From Basidiobolus meristosporus CBS 931.73 (lineage: Eukaryota; Fungi; Basidiobolomycota), in contig MCFE01000092.1 of assembly GCA_002104905.1 (NCBI GenBank), positions 62,001 through 126,000 of the forward strand: a DNA stretch of 64,000 nucleotides, written 5' to 3'. Both the position numbers and the translations under genes were made by a program. This document shows, piece by piece, positions 1 through 13,700 of this stretch (position 1 is the first letter of the stretch; each line of letters opens with the position of its first letter). Below the pieces are notes generated by a model, which ran no database searches, was not told the DNA's origin, and saw only the letters and a program-made list of their open reading frames with translations.

Positions 1-24
1 GTTCACAGTCTAGATCTACACCAA

Positions 25-1335
25 ATGGACATCAAGACAGTCTTTCTAAATGGGGATTTGCAAGAAACTATATATATGGAGCAACCAGAAGGTTTTACCG
101 ATCCAAAAAGCCCCCATAAGGTGTGCAAACTTAGAAAATTGTTGTATGGGCTTAAGCAGGCACCCAGAGCATGGTATAACAAGATTGACACATATCTAGA
201 GGAAATTGGGTTCTCTCGTAGCACTGCAGATCACAGTATATATGTGAAACAGCTCAAAAAGGGTGTGATCATCCTAGTTCTTTATGTGGACGACCTAATT
301 ATAGCTACAAGTGATCAAGAGGCACTTAAACAGACGAAATCAGATCTCTTCAGCAAGTTTGAGATGAAGGATCTTGGAAAATTGAGCTATTTTCTTGGAA
401 TTGAGGTCAAATTTGACATACCTACGCAGAAAATTGTGCTGAATCAGTCTAAGTACATCAGGGACATTCTTAGACGCTTCAAAATGGAAAATTGCAAGCC
501 TGCAGCAACCCCTATGGACAATAACCTGAAATTAAGCAAATCTCAGCCAGTTATAGATGAAAACGGCTCAAATATGGACCAAAACTTTCCCTATCAATCA
601 ATGGTTGGTAGCCTAATGTACTTGATGGTGTCTACACGTCCAGATATTGCAGTAGCCGTTGGAATAGTCAGTCAATTTATGCAGAATTATGGATCAGACC
701 AAATTGCAGCAGTTAAGCGGATTTTCAGATATCTACAAGGTACCATAAATATGGTACTGGAATACTCTGGAGCAGCTAATAGGCAAAACTTTGATGGTTA
801 TAGTGATTCAGAATGGGGTAAGGATTTGATTGACAGACGCTCTACCACAGGCTATGTATTTCTTTATGCTGGTGCAGCTATTACTTGGAATTGCAAGAAA
901 CAACCAACTGTGGCACTATCTACAACTGAAGCCAAATATATGGCTGCATGTCAAGCAACTAAGGAGGCTATATGGCTACAAAAATTATTCAAAGACTTAG
1001 GTTTTAATTTAGGTGAACCAACATGTATTTACAAGGATAATCAAAGTTGTATTTCATTAGCTAGAAATCCTACTAATCATGCCAGAACTAAGCACATTGA
1101 TATACAGCATCACTTTGTGAGGGAAGCTGTAGAAAATAACTTAGTAGAGCTGGTTTACTGCCCAACTGACAAAATGGTGGCAGACATATTGACAAAACCA
1201 CTAGCTAGGCCACAGTTTGAGATCCTTAGAGAGAAATTGGGCTTAAGAAATTATTTAGTTGAGGGGGAGTGTTCAAATATTGGACTATTTGGTATCATTC
1301 AGCAGCTAAAAATTTACTTAACAATTCTAGGCTAG
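25..1335 (+). CDS. Copia pol C-terminus: reverse transcriptase (LYVDDL) + RNase H (5'-partial)
   Basis: Motifs [73 protein letters not shown]. Confidence 0.93.
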   Translation: MDIKTVFLNGDLQETIYMEQPEGFTDPKSPHKVCKLRKLLYGLKQAPRAWYNKIDTYLEEIGFSRSTADHSIYVKQLKKGVIILVLYVDDLIIATSDQEALKQTKSDLFSKFEMKDLGKLSYFLGIEVKFDIPTQKIVLNQSKYIRDILRRFKMENCKPAATPMDNNLKLSKSQPVIDENGSNMDQNFPYQSMVGSLMYLMVSTRPDIAVAVGIVSQFMQNYGSDQIAAVKRIFRYLQGTINMVLEYSGAANRQNFDGYSDSEWGKDLIDRRSTTGYVFLYAGAAITWNCKKQPTVALSTTEAKYMAACQATKEAIWLQKLFKDLGFNLGEPTCIYKDNQSCISLARNPTNHARTKHIDIQHHFVREAVENNLVELVYCPTDKMVADILTKPLARPQFEILREKLGLRNYLVEGECSNIGLFGIIQQLKIYLTILG

Positions 1336-1638
1336 TCTTAGTCACTGTAGGACTCATTTACTGCCTTAACTTCGCCACTTTCTCTAGATATATGATCTTA
1401 TGATTATTCCCCTAGAGTCAGGATCAAATTAGCTCTATTACCAAACATTATGTACTAACCCTGAAACTGTTACAGAATGCTCCTGAATATTGAGAAGCCC
1501 TCCCTACTTAGTGTTGCAGCTGTATTACTTCTACAAAGGTATAAATACTGAGCTTCTTTATGAATAAACAACAGTTCAACTATTATCACTTTTTCTTGAT
1601 AAGTTCCTTATATCCAAATCACTTCTTAAATTGCAACA
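1270..1638 (+). repeat. 3' LTR of copia A1 (369 bp)
   Basis: Starts TGTTCAAA directly after the PPT and ends TTGCAACA; homologous to 4639-5007, 21574-21942 and 25891-26259. Confidence 0.93.
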
Positions 1639-4600
1639 GAACTCAGATGTAATGCTCAAGCAGAGAAAATTGAAGACAATGCTTTATTCAGCTCAGAGTG
1701 GCACACAGAAAAGAAAGGGAAGCAACAAAACCAAAAAAAACCTGGTTGCTGTAACTACTGTAAGAAACCAAGACACTGGGCATCAGAATGCCAGAAGAAA
1801 CAAGCAGACAAAAGCCAGAAATTGGAGCTGGCAAACCATTTAACTACTGAAGAACAGTTATTTGTAACTGTACAAGAGAGTGCAAGTAACCAAAATATTG
1901 AATGGTCTATTGACTCTGGAGCATTGCAGCATACTTATGGTATAAAGGAGTGGTTCTGCAACTTAAAGACTATTCCCATAAGAATGGCTTATCTGGGAGG
2001 AAACTCTGCACTGGAAGCTACCACCAGTGGCTCTATACTCTTAAGCATGAGTGATATCTCAGGGGCTACAGCAGCAGAACTGACCGTCATACTCTACATC
2101 CCTGGAATAGCTAAGAACTTACTCTTAGTCAATAAAGCAATTGCTCAGGGACTGATATTTGTTTTTACTAAGCTGAACTGCTCAATATTGAGTGAAAATG
2201 AGCAAAAATTAGCTTTGGGAATCAGAGATCACAATATATACAAGTTACAATGCAAGATCAATGTACCTGAGTATGCCAACATTGCTGAAACTGATGAAAC
2301 TAACTGGGAGATGTGAGATAGGAGGCTAGGACACATTGGGGAACAGAAAATGAGCCAATTGATGAAAAATGAGCTTGTTTCAGGCCTAAATTACTCAATA
2401 TTAATCACATTTAGTGTCTGTAAGGTATGTCCATATGGCAAACAAGCTAGGCAATGTTTCAGGAGCTCAGGAGGCATTAGCATCACCAAAATATTGGCTA
2501 TTGTAAATTCAGATATGAGAACACTGTCCTTTGGAGCCAAGAGATACTTTATGACTTTTGTTGATGACAAGACCAGATATACATGGGTATACTTCCTCAA
2601 AACAAAGGATGAGGCTTTAGAGATGTTTAATCACTTCAAGAACATGGCAGAAACCCAAACTGGGTGTAAATTGAAGATACTGTGGAGTCACAATGGAGGG
2701 GACTAATGCTCAAAGGAGTTTGCAAAATACTGCGCATCCACTGGTATTATTCAGCAGACCAATGTTCCACATACTCCACAGCAAAACAGAATAGCAGAAT
2801 GTCCCAATAGAGCAATAGTAGAGATGGGAAGCTCCATGCTACATGATACGGAAATGGACTACAAATTTTGTGCTGAATTTGTTGCTACTACAGCATACAT
2901 CAAGAATCAACAACCATCAACAGCATTTTGGGATTCTTCACTCATTGAAGCATATAGAGGCAAAAATTAGACCTTCAGCACCTGAGGATCTTTGACAGTG
3001 AAGTCTTTCATCACATCCCTGACAAAAAACACTCATGGCTGGAGCCAAAGAGTAGAAAAGGGATCTTTCTTGGGAATTATGATGACACTAAAGGGTATAG
3101 AGTGTTTGATGGCAAAATTCAGAAGCTGATCAAGAGCAGGGATGTTTTATTTGAGGAGAGTTCATATCAGAAAGCCACAAAGCTCATTGGCTAGCTGCCT
3201 GATGATACAATCATCACTGATGAAGAAGATACGTACCAATATCTCCCAGATATGGAAGATATTTCAACCAGTGCCAGATCAGAGCAGATTATCCCTGTTG
3301 GGAGATCTACCAGAATAAGAAATACCCCTGGATCCTAGTGGCAGACATCCAACAATCATGAAGAAGCTTATCTTGCCATGTGACAAACCTCAGAACCTGG
3401 AACAGGCATTGCAAAGTCCAGATGCTACTATGTGGCAACAAGCCATGCAGGAGGGTTACTAATCACTGATCAAAGCAAAAACATGGGAACTGGTATATGT
3501 ATCAAATGGGAGAAAGCCAATAGGATGTAGATGGGTCTACAAGATCAAGATAACCTTAAATGGTACCATTGATAAGTACAAAGCTAGATTGGTGGCTCAA
3601 GGCTATTCCCAGATCCAAGGAATAGACTTTAAGGAAACAAACATCCTAGTTCTGTATGTGGATTACCTAGTAATAGCTACAAGTGACCAGGAGGCACTTT
3701 AACAGACAAAATCAGATCCCTTCAGCAAGCTTAGTATGAAAGATCTTGGAAAATTGAGCTATTTTCTTAGAATTGAAGTGAACTTTGACTTACCTACAAA
3801 GACGGTTGTGCTAAATCAGTCTAAGTGCATCAGGGACATTCTAAGATGCTTCAAAATAGAAAATTGCAAGCCTGTAGTTACCCCTATGGACAATAATCTA
3901 GAATTGAGCAAATCTAAGTCAGTTTTAGGTAAAAATAGCTCAAACATCACCAAAACTTTCCCTATCAATCAATGATGAGCAGCCTAATGTACTTGATGGT
4001 GTCTACATGTCTTGATATTGCAGTGGCAGCTGGAATAGTCAGTCAATTAATGCAGAATTATGGATCAAATCAAATTACAGCAGTTAAGCGGATTTCAGAT
4101 ATCTACAAGGTAACATGAATATAGTACTGGAATACTCTGGAGCAGGTAAAAGGCAGAAGTTTGATGGTTATAGTAATTCAGACTGGGGAAGAGATCTGAT
4201 TGACAGATGCTCTACTGCTGGGTATGTATTTCTTTATGCAGATGCAGCTATTACTTGGAATTGCAAGAAGCAACCAACTGTGACACTATCTACAACTGAA
4301 GCTGAATACATGGCTGCTTGCCAAGCAACTAAGGAGGCTATATGGCCACAGAAATTACTCAAAGACTTAGACTTTAATTCAGATGAACCAACATGTACTT
4401 ACATAAATAATCAAAGTTGTATAGCATTAGATAGAAATCCTACAAATCACGCCAGAACTGAGCAAATAGATATACAACACCACTTTGTGGGGGAAGCTGT
4501 AGAAAATAACTTAGTAGAGTTAGTTTACTGTCCAACTGACAAAATGGTGGCAGATATATTGACAAAGCCACTAGCTAGACTAGAATTTGAGAGTCTCAGA

Positions 4601-5007
4601 GGGGAATTAGGATTAAGAAATATTTAGTTGAGGGGGAGTGTTGAAATATTAAGCTATTTGGTTTCATTCAGCAGCTAAAAACTTACTTAGAAATTCTAGA
4701 CTAGTATTGGTTACTGTAGGACTTATTTGCAGCCCAACTTTGCCAGTTTCTTCACATCTATGATCCTATGATTTTTCCCATATTGTGAAGATCATATCAG
4801 CACTTTTTACCAAACATTATGTACTAATCATGAAACTGTTACAGAATGCTCCTGAATGTTAAGAAACCCTCCTTAATTAGTGTTGCAGTTGTAATACTTC
4901 TACAAAGGTATAAATACTGATCCTCTTTATGAATAAACAATAGTTCAACAATTATCACTATATCCTGATAAGTTCCTTGTATCCAAATCACTTCTTACAT
5001 TGCCATA
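1639..5007 (+). mobile_element. Degenerate copia family A copy A2 (mid-gag to 3' LTR), interrupted in gag by A1, with an internal RT deletion near 3640
   Basis: Zinc knuckle relic, protease IDSGA(L), integrase TFVDDKTRYTWVYFLK, RT/RH fragments with stops and frameshifts; GYSQIQGIDFKET is joined directly to ILVLYVD; PPT 4630-4638; LTR 4639-5007 ending TA instead of CA. Confidence 0.9.
4639..5007 (+). repeat. 3' LTR of copia A2 (369 bp, diverged)
   Basis: Collinear with LTR 1270-1638 and follows the GAGGGGGAG PPT. Confidence 0.88.
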
Positions 5008-7013
5008 ATAATCTGGGTATATCTATCTATGGAGAACTTTATACTTGAGTTGTAATTGATTTTACCAGGATCAGACATTCTGAGCTCTTTAGATAAGCTG
5101 GATTAGTCTCTTCTAATGTTTCAAGGTTATTGCGTTTATGATAAGATCATCCACATATAATGCTAATAGAGCTGGATTTGCTCCACCTGGCTTATAGTAT
5201 ATACTATAGTCAGTATTGCTTTTTTCATACTTGAAGAATTCAAATAATAATCTATTTTGCAATTCAAGGCTCTTGAGGATTGCTTGAATCCATATGGAGA
5301 CTTGTAAGCTTGCAGACCAAACAGGCATTTTCTTGGTCAATAAAACCATTGGGCTAGTCCATATACATGTCCTCATCAAGTTCTTGATTCAAAAATGTAG
5401 TTTTTACATCCATTTGATGATTAGAAATTTGTACTTGGCTGCAATAGTCAATAGTAATCTGATTGAGTTAAACTTGGCTGCTGGTGCAAGGTCTCAGTGT
5501 GGTCAAGTCTATTAGATTGAGAGTATCCTTTGGCCACAAGCCTTGTTTTCAATCTGTCAGTTGTACTACCAGCATTGTATTTTGTCATAAACACCCATCT
5601 GCATCCAATTGATTTTTGCTTGATTGGCAATTTGACTTAGTCATAAGTTTGATTTTCCATCAGGGCCTGATATTTCTCAGTCATTGCAAATCTCCAAAAC
5701 TATGTCTAAGGGCTCTTCAGGGCCATTTTTACAGTCAAGGGCTCATCAATCTGGACTGAATAGTCCTGTGCTAAGTTTGTACACTCATTGATAATGTAAT
5801 TCAAGCTATTTCTTGGGCAGTTGGTTCTCCAGGAAGTTAATACTGTAAAGATCACTTCTGAGATATTCCTGTTTGCAGCTTCAGGATAAGCCACAGTCTT
5901 AGAGTCCTCAGGAGTGAAATTATCTGCATGGCTTTGCTCCAATTCAATCCTAATAATTGATGGACTTGAGATTAGGTTTTTAACATCATCTAATGTCATT
6001 TTTGTGTGCTAATTTTGATTTTCCAACATACATAGAATCTCTGGACTTGACCAGCATCTTTGCATTGGTACTGTATAGTTGGTATTTTTCACTCTCATTG
6101 CAGTAGCCCAATAATATGCATTTTACACTGTTTGGCTCAAATTTTGACTGATTTGCAGGCTGTTTTTTGCCATATGCTGTAAACACAAGTAATTTTGGAT
6201 ATATTGTGCTTATTGGCATCTAGACCATCCTTCAAATGGAGCAGAATCCCAAAGTATCTGGTGTAAATCCTAACTTTAAGGTAGACAGCTGTGCAACTGA
6301 TTCTCCCCAATAATCATAGGACAATATTTGATCATAAGTTACAGATCTTACTATGTAGGTTGTTGATCTGCTTGCACATTCTGCTATTCCATTTTGCTGT
6401 CAGGGGTATGGTACATTAGCCTCTTGCTTCATCTGTTGAATTTTCACAAGTGGATGAAGAGTTTTGAGGTGCATTCTCCACCTTTGTCAGAGCATATTTT
6501 CTTGATTTTCTCACCAGTTTCTCTCTCCGCCATGACTTTAAGCCCCCTGAGCTTGGACAGATGTTTTTCCTTTCTCTCCATGAAGTACACTTATTTGCAT
6601 CTTGTAAAATCCACAATAATCGTAATTAAACACTTCACCCCATCTGAGGATAAATCCACTGTAGGTCTACCCATATTTGTGAGAATTGGATCTAATTTCT
6701 GCATAGTTTTGACTAATTCAGAGCTCCCAAACTCTTGCCTGGCATGTTCCCCATATATGCAGGCTTCATAGTGATCCAAATTGACTAGTTGATCTATATT
6801 TGATATTGAAATTAGCTGATCTTTGATCATTTTGCACAAATAATCAGAATTAATTTATTCAACTCTCCTGTGCCAGAGCAATGGTGTTTCTTTGCTCAAG
6901 TTACTTGTATTAGCTTACCAGTATAAAGGAAATAAGTTAACTAATACACATTCTGATCCCTGACACCCAAAGCAATGGAGCACCATTTTGATCAGTGATC
7001 CTGCATCCAGATT
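5008..7013 (-). mobile_element. Degenerate copia family B fragment (integrase to RT N-half)
   Basis: Minus-strand ORF fragments (ALYVDDL, RLVAKGYSQ, FEPNSVKCILLGYCNES) collinear with 37500-39280 of the full-length B copy; cut by the A2 LTR on the left and a CACTA terminus on the right. Confidence 0.88.
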
Positions 7014-8530
7014 CCCTATGAAATATAACTTGACCTCACAAGTGGATCCAATTTAGAGACTATCATAATACCAGCAGCTTGGATTAGTAACCCTGTTGAC
7101 AATCTTATGACAGGATCATGATGGTGATTTGCTGATTTTACAGCCAAACAAAGTTATAAAACTTGCCAGTGCTTGAATGGTGCTGTAACAATAATTGCAT
7201 GGCATTGCTGCAGTCTGAATGAGCTCTATAACTATTTTATATGGAACAAACTGGTCAGTACATCCAATTGCTTTATATGGCAAAAACTGGACAGTATCTA
7301 CCACCTCATTTTGAGTTTCTAATGGCATTACTACAGCGGTATGGCAGCCTACAGCAAGTTCTGTATAATGCTACTATTAAAAATTTATAAGACAAAAAAC
7401 ATAATAATGTCTTGGTAGCCTCATTGCAAGCCCCCAATGGCATTGTTTTGGCAGTATTTCATCCTACAGTTAGTTCTGTATAATGCTACAGTACCAATTT
7501 ACCAAATGGTATTTCTTTTTCTACCTCCCCTTATATGATTCATATATTCTACTGTAGAATCACCCTTCTTTGTTTACTTTCCCACTACTACCTTGGGTAT
7601 TCCACATATAGTTTGAATCAACAAATACTATTGCCACCTGCCTACTAACCTCTATAAATTTGTATACCTGCCACAATTGACATACTACTATCACCTCCGC
7701 TTTATGGCTTTTTAGTGTGATACTTCCCATGCTGAAATATACCTTATACTGCTGGTAACATATATTTCTTGCAAACATATGCTTGGTTGCAGCCACTTCT
7801 GCCATGAATATCTCCAGGATATCTGCAAAGAACTTTTTGGTATTTAGCCAATATATTCCTTTGCCCTGCAGGATTCTAGTCCCCCTTGTAGGTGCGCTCT
7901 GGCTCTTGTTTGTGCAAATTCAGTGTTGAATGATGTAGAAGTTGCTTGTGACCAAAAGATATCTGGCATACTTTGGTAGAGTTTTCCTAATAAATTTAAG
8001 TTGCTGGTTGCACCCAACACAAATATGCATCACTTAACAGACAATCTATGCATTGGGTCTGCTTAGCATCTTAATAGGCATTGATGTCTCCACAAACACA
8101 TCTGTTCTCAGTATTTTCCAACTTTTCCTGGCTGTCCTCAATATGCTAATGTGTCCTATCCATGACAGACCTGAAGGTAGAATTCTTAGTGGGATTAGGA
8201 TATGAGAGTACCAGCAACTTGATTTGTCTTCTTATCCCCCCACTTATCCACTCCATAGAAAACTCCCAAAAGGTGAAGCAAGGCTAATGTTTTCCACACA
8301 CTAAGGAAGATAGATTAGAAAATGGATACAGTAGTGGTAGAGATCTATATAAACAGCTTTATGTTTGTAGTGTAACCACTCAAATCCCATTACCAACTCC
8401 TTGCACAAATGCTGTAGATGTGTCAAGTTGGCACTGGTGATCCACTTCTGGATAAATATTCCTATAATATCCAAATATGACTCCCAATGCTTCAAATGTA
8501 GTAATAATGTAACCTCAAATGGTTCCATTA
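7014..8530 (-). mobile_element. CACTA/EnSpm-like DNA transposon copy 1 (terminus + 3' part of transposase, degenerate)
   Basis: Begins CCCTATGAAATATAACTTG (cf. TIR at 31127), subterminal ATCATAATACCAGC near 7063, transposase C-terminal relic (YHYCIHFL) collinear with 31200-32440. Confidence 0.75.
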
Positions 8531-8534
8531 ATAA

Positions 8535-10095
8535 GTGTAGAGCTTGATGATAACCAAAGGCTGTTCTCAAATCCAGGGACTGGAATTTAAGGACACATTT
8601 ACTCCGGTACCAAAGTTTTACTTCTTTGGGATGTTTCTAGTACTGGAAGCTGTACACAGCCTAGATCTACTCCAATTGTACATCAAAAAAGCCTTTAAGT
8701 GGAAATCTGCAAGCAGCTATACATATGGAGCAAACAGAAATAATTTCTGATCAGAGAGGCCATCAAACGGTGTGCAGACATATAGTATGCTTGTATGGGC
8801 TTAAGTAGGTACCAAAAGCATGATATTACATGATTGACACATGTTAAGTGTTGATTGAGTTTACTTGTGGCACTGCTGTTCACAATGTATATGCAAAACA
8901 GCTTAAAAAGGATGTGATCATCCTATTTGTTTGCGATGACAACCTAATAATAGCCACAAGTGACCAGAAGGTTCTTAAACAGGCAACATCAGACCTCTTC
9001 AGCTGGTTGAAGCTGAAAGATCTTGAAACACTGAGCTATTTTCTTGGAACAGAGGTCCTAATTCACATACCTATGCAGAAAGCTGCGCTGATTCTGTCTA
9101 AGTACATTGCAGACATTCTTAGATGCTTCCTAATGGAAAACTGCAAGCCTGCAGCAAGCCCAATGGGCAAAAACCAGAAATTAAGCAAATTACAGCCAGT
9201 TTTAGGCCAAAACTGCTACATATGGACCAGAAATTTGGCCATCAATCAATGGTTATTAACTTGATGTACTTGATGGTGTTCACATGTACCAATATTGCAA
9301 TGGCAGCTGTAATAGTTGGTTAAATCATGCATAATCAAGGATAAGATCAAATTGCAGCAGTTGTGCAAATTTTCCGATTCTGCAAGGTACCACATAATGG
9401 CTCTAAAATACCACAAGGCAACTAATGGGTGTAAATTTTATGGCTGTAGTGATTCATATTGTGGTAGGAATTTAATTGACAGATGCTCCACAAACTGGGT
9501 ATGTTTTTATATATGCTGCTACAGCTATTACTTGGAATTGCATGAAACAACCAACTGTGGCCCTATCTACAATTGAAGCTGAATATCTCGCTGCTTGTCA
9601 AGCAACTTAGGAAGCGATATGCCTACAAAAATAACTCAAATACATAGACTTTAGTGTAGATGCGCCAGTTTGTACTTACAAGGACAATCACCGTTGTATT
9701 TTGGTAGCTAGGAATCATACCAATCATACCAGAACTAGGAACATAAATATTCAACAACACTTTGTGAGGGTAGCTGTCCAAAATAATTTAGCAACAGTTG
9801 GCTTACTGCCCAACTGGCAAGATAGTGGCAGATATACTGACAAAACCACTAACTAAGACACAATTTGGGGATATCCAATATGAACTAGGATTGGGAAATT
9901 ATTCAGTGAAGGGGAAGTTATGAAATATTAGACATTTGGTGTCATTGAGTAGCTTCAAGCTTAATAGGCAGTTATGAACTAGTCTTGGTCACTGTAGGAC
10001 TAATTTCTAGCTCTAACTTTGCCACTTTCCTCAGATCTATGATCCTTTGGCTATTCCCCTGTAGTCAAGATCAAATTTGCACTTTTGCTGAACAT
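8535..10095 (+). mobile_element. Highly degenerate copia family A relic A4 (RT-RNase H + partial 3' LTR)
   Basis: Fragments GCSQIQGLEFKDTF, FVCDDNL, DLETLSYFLG; purine tract at ~9908-9917 followed by sequence homologous to the first ~170 bp of the family A LTR. Confidence 0.85.
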
Positions 10096-10719
10096 AATGT
10101 CAAACCTTTTGTGATGCTCATATAGTGGAACTTCATTGAATTTTAAGCTAATGTAGGTGAGATATCTTAAATTCAAAATTATTCTCAGTTCACATGTGTG
10201 TTGACAAAAAATCAATTTATAAAGTATTGTTGCCAGGTGCTAAGCTGTTTACCCCATATATAAGACTTTTGTGACTCAACACAGTAAGAAAAGAGTAAAA
10301 ACACCTTATGTGTATTATAACCAGCTACTTAGTCACAAAGCCCACAGTCAACTTAGAGAGTATGAAAAGGATCACAGCCAGTTTGCTAATACACAAGTCT
10401 TATTTGGGCATTCAGTGCATGTAATGGTACCAACAACATCTTGCTAGCTACCTGATATTTCTATAAAAGCTCATAGCAATGCTTGCCACCATGTGCTAAC
10501 TGAGTTAGGTTAGGTATGATGCCACTTTGCTCATCACAGGCCTCTGATTATATCCTGCAGAGTGATTCCATCAAAGAAGAAGGTCCACCAATGGATTGAA
10601 AGCCTATCTGCCCACAGAGCAGTACATTACAAGAGCCTGGCCAAATGCTAATTTCAAATGCCGCACAGCCTGTAAGTATATAGCCTAAGTATGATATATG
10701 GAGCCAATTGAGCTCATTG

Positions 10720-13700
10720 TGTTATATATCTACCACCTGAATATTTGAGCTTCATCAGATTTTAGTCATATCAATCAGTTTTATGTTAAGCCTATCACTA
10801 CATCAGTATTATCCACCAAATAGATCAGTTTTTTAGTAGTATCAATCAGTCATATGTTGAGCTTAACAGTATATCAGTAGTATCTATCAAATCAGTAGCA
10901 CTAGCCAGCAATTGACTCAGCAGATTTTTTTAGGTTGAAATGGATAAAGTAAGTAGGATCTTATTGGGTGATGATAATACAATTGAATGAGTCATTAGCC
11001 ACAACCTACATTAGGAGATAATATTAGTCAGCAATTGATGTGAAAATGTATATAAGCAGTTGGTGGAACCTTGATAAAAAGCAGTTAAGGTTTTAGTGAA
11101 TACATTACTAGCTAAACTCCTTTTTCCTGTACAACTCTTAAATCAAGACTTCTTACATTAGTAGCTGCAATAGCCAGAAACCTCCTCCCTGAAGAAAGAA
11201 GCCACTCCTCTAGATGTCAGAAAATCACAAATGGAACAATACTTTGCAGCAATCCTGGCCCAACAGTAATAGTGACACCAGATGCTTTGCCTGCAGCAAC
11301 AAGGAATGACTACCATGGCACAGAACCAGCAAAACCCTGAGGAGCAATTTTAGTGTGAAAGTTAACCAGTACCATGGATTGAGTCAATGAAAACCTAGGA
11401 ACTTGGCTCTTCCAGATTGAGGAAGCATTCAAGGCTGAGGGAATTGCTGCAGAAAGCAAGTTGTATTATGCAGCTTCTTACTTAGCACATGCAGAAATAT
11501 ATTGGTACCACTACAAGATCAGATCAGCCACTATGATGGGATGCTCTACAATCTTTACCAGGGATGACTTTGTGTTAGAATTCAGTATACTATTGAACCT
11601 TTACACCAGCAGACACTCCCAAGAAGGAAGCTCAAGACACTGAGACAGAAAGGAATGGTTCAAGAATACATCTATGAATATAGATGTCTACTAGGACAAA
11701 TCAAATAAATGGACCCCCCGGATCAATTTGAATACTCTATTGACAGGTTGAAGCAAAGAACTGGCAAGAAATTAAATTATTGGAAACCCCACACCATTGA
11801 AGAAGCTATTTAGATTGCCTCTAACTATGACTTGCCTATATTAGGAGTTGAAAAGCCTACAATGACTAATCAGAGACACAACAATCACCATAAAAGTACA
11901 CAATCAAAAGCAGTGCCAATGGAAATAGATACTATGCAGATGAATTCCACCTCAGAAAAAAGTAAGAAGAACGTAAATAGCTTTAACTGCCAGCAGCAAG
12001 GACATATTGCAGGGTACTGCCCTCAGAGAAGAAATGGATACCAGTCATCAAGAGCTATCAACCATATTAAAGCCCTTGAGCATAATATGGGTGATGAACT
12101 AGAAGAAGACTCAGAACTGACCCTCCATATTACCAAAGAATATCTATCCCACATGGCCTCAAGCCCAGAAAAGCTATTACACCTGAATGGAAGTCAATGG
12201 AGTACCTGCTAAAATCATGATTGACTTAGGTGCATTGCATGAATACATGTCAGAGCAAATTGCTTTCAATCCTAGAATCAGTTAGAACCCACCAAGTCAA
12301 CTTTTGTCTCCACAGCAGATGGAAACTCTCACACAATCAGCTGTATTACTCAGCCGGTAAGACTGAAGATCAGTGATTATGAAGAAGACCTACCAGCCTA
12401 TACATTTGATAACAGCAAATTTGACCTTGTACTTGGAAAACCTGGCTATTTTGCCATGATCCAACAATCAACTGGAGAACCCATGCTACTCAGATCCAGA
12501 AGGACAACAGGATCAATGAGCTATTACCTGCCAGACTGGATTTTAACTTGGTCAATTCCAGTATGTGCAAAACAAGTGAGCTTAGCAAGATACAGTTCTG
12601 TAGAGCACTAAGAAAAGATACTCAGATGTTTCTCATGGCAGTATTTGAGGAGAATTCCTCTAATCCAGCACCCCAGAATGTTCTGACTCTTTTGAAGGAA
12701 TTTGCAGGCGTGTTTACAGATGAACTTGGAAGCATACCCCATTCAGAGATGTAGAGCATGTAATGACACTGGAGATATCCCCTAGTGAGTAAGACACCTT
12801 GCAGAATGAGTCCAGTGGAGTTAGAGGTGATGAAAAGACAAATAGGTCAGTTATTGGAGCAAGGATATATCATACCCAGCAAGTCACCCTGGGGAGCACT
12901 AGTCCTTTTGTGAAAAAGAGGGATGGATCACTTGGGATGTGCATTGACTACAAAGCCCTCAACTGAGTTACTGTGAAGAATAAGTAGCCTAAAACTTGGA
13001 TTGACAAGCTTCTGGACCAACTCAATGGAGCTACCATATTCAGCAAGATGAGCCTTATGTCAGGCTACAACCACATTATGGTGAAACTAGAAGATATCTC
13101 TTAGAAGGCATTCAGGACCAGGAATGGACTTTACAAGTACTTAGTAATGAGTTCTGGCCTTATCAATGCCCCTGCAACATTCATGATCTTGATGCTAACA
13201 GTCTTCCTGGAGTACTTAGGCAAGTTTGACTTCAGGAAAGAGTTTACTTTGTGTACAGATGCTTCAGACAATGCAATTGGTGGAGTGCTGAGCCAAGAAC
13301 ATGAGGGAAAGAACTACCCAGTTGCTTTTGGGTCTAACAAACTGAACTCAGCAGAACAAAACTATCTAGTGTACAAGAGGGAGATGCTTGCCAAAATACA
13401 CTACTTGAAGACCTGGAGAAGCCATATTGATGCAGTCAAGTGCATTGTGAAGACTGAGCAAGCCTCACTCAAGTATATACTTACTCAGAAGGAACTCTCC
13501 AGAAGAATGACAAAAGGGAGTGAATACATTTAGCAATTTGACTTGGAGATTGTTTACTGCCCTGTGAAAGACACCACATTGCCAATGCATTATTAAGACT
13601 AGAATAAGTTGTACAACCTAACTTGGTGCATGAGTCAGATTGGCCCAGCTTATCAGCAAAGTACTTGCAGGACCAAGTCATTCCTAATGAGGTGGATGAA

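Larger units (their letters stand above)
1..1638 (+). mobile_element. Ty1/copia LTR retrotransposon family A, copy A1 (3' part; 5' part lies before the window)
   Basis: Open RT-RNase H frame 25-1335, PPT GAGGGGGAG at 1261-1269, then a TG...CA LTR at 1270-1638; ~98% identical to the full-length copy at 21574-26259. Confidence 0.95.

Noticed and set aside
1261-1335. Family A pol frame reading through the PPT ~22 codons into the 3' LTR
   Set aside because: Overlap of the pol end with the PPT/U3 is common in copia elements, and copy A2 stops earlier; no evidence of a special function.
10100-10715. Unassigned CpG-poor DNA between copia relic A4 and the gypsy LTR
   Set aside because: No ORF, terminal repeat or internal match found; probably an eroded repeat but not supportable.
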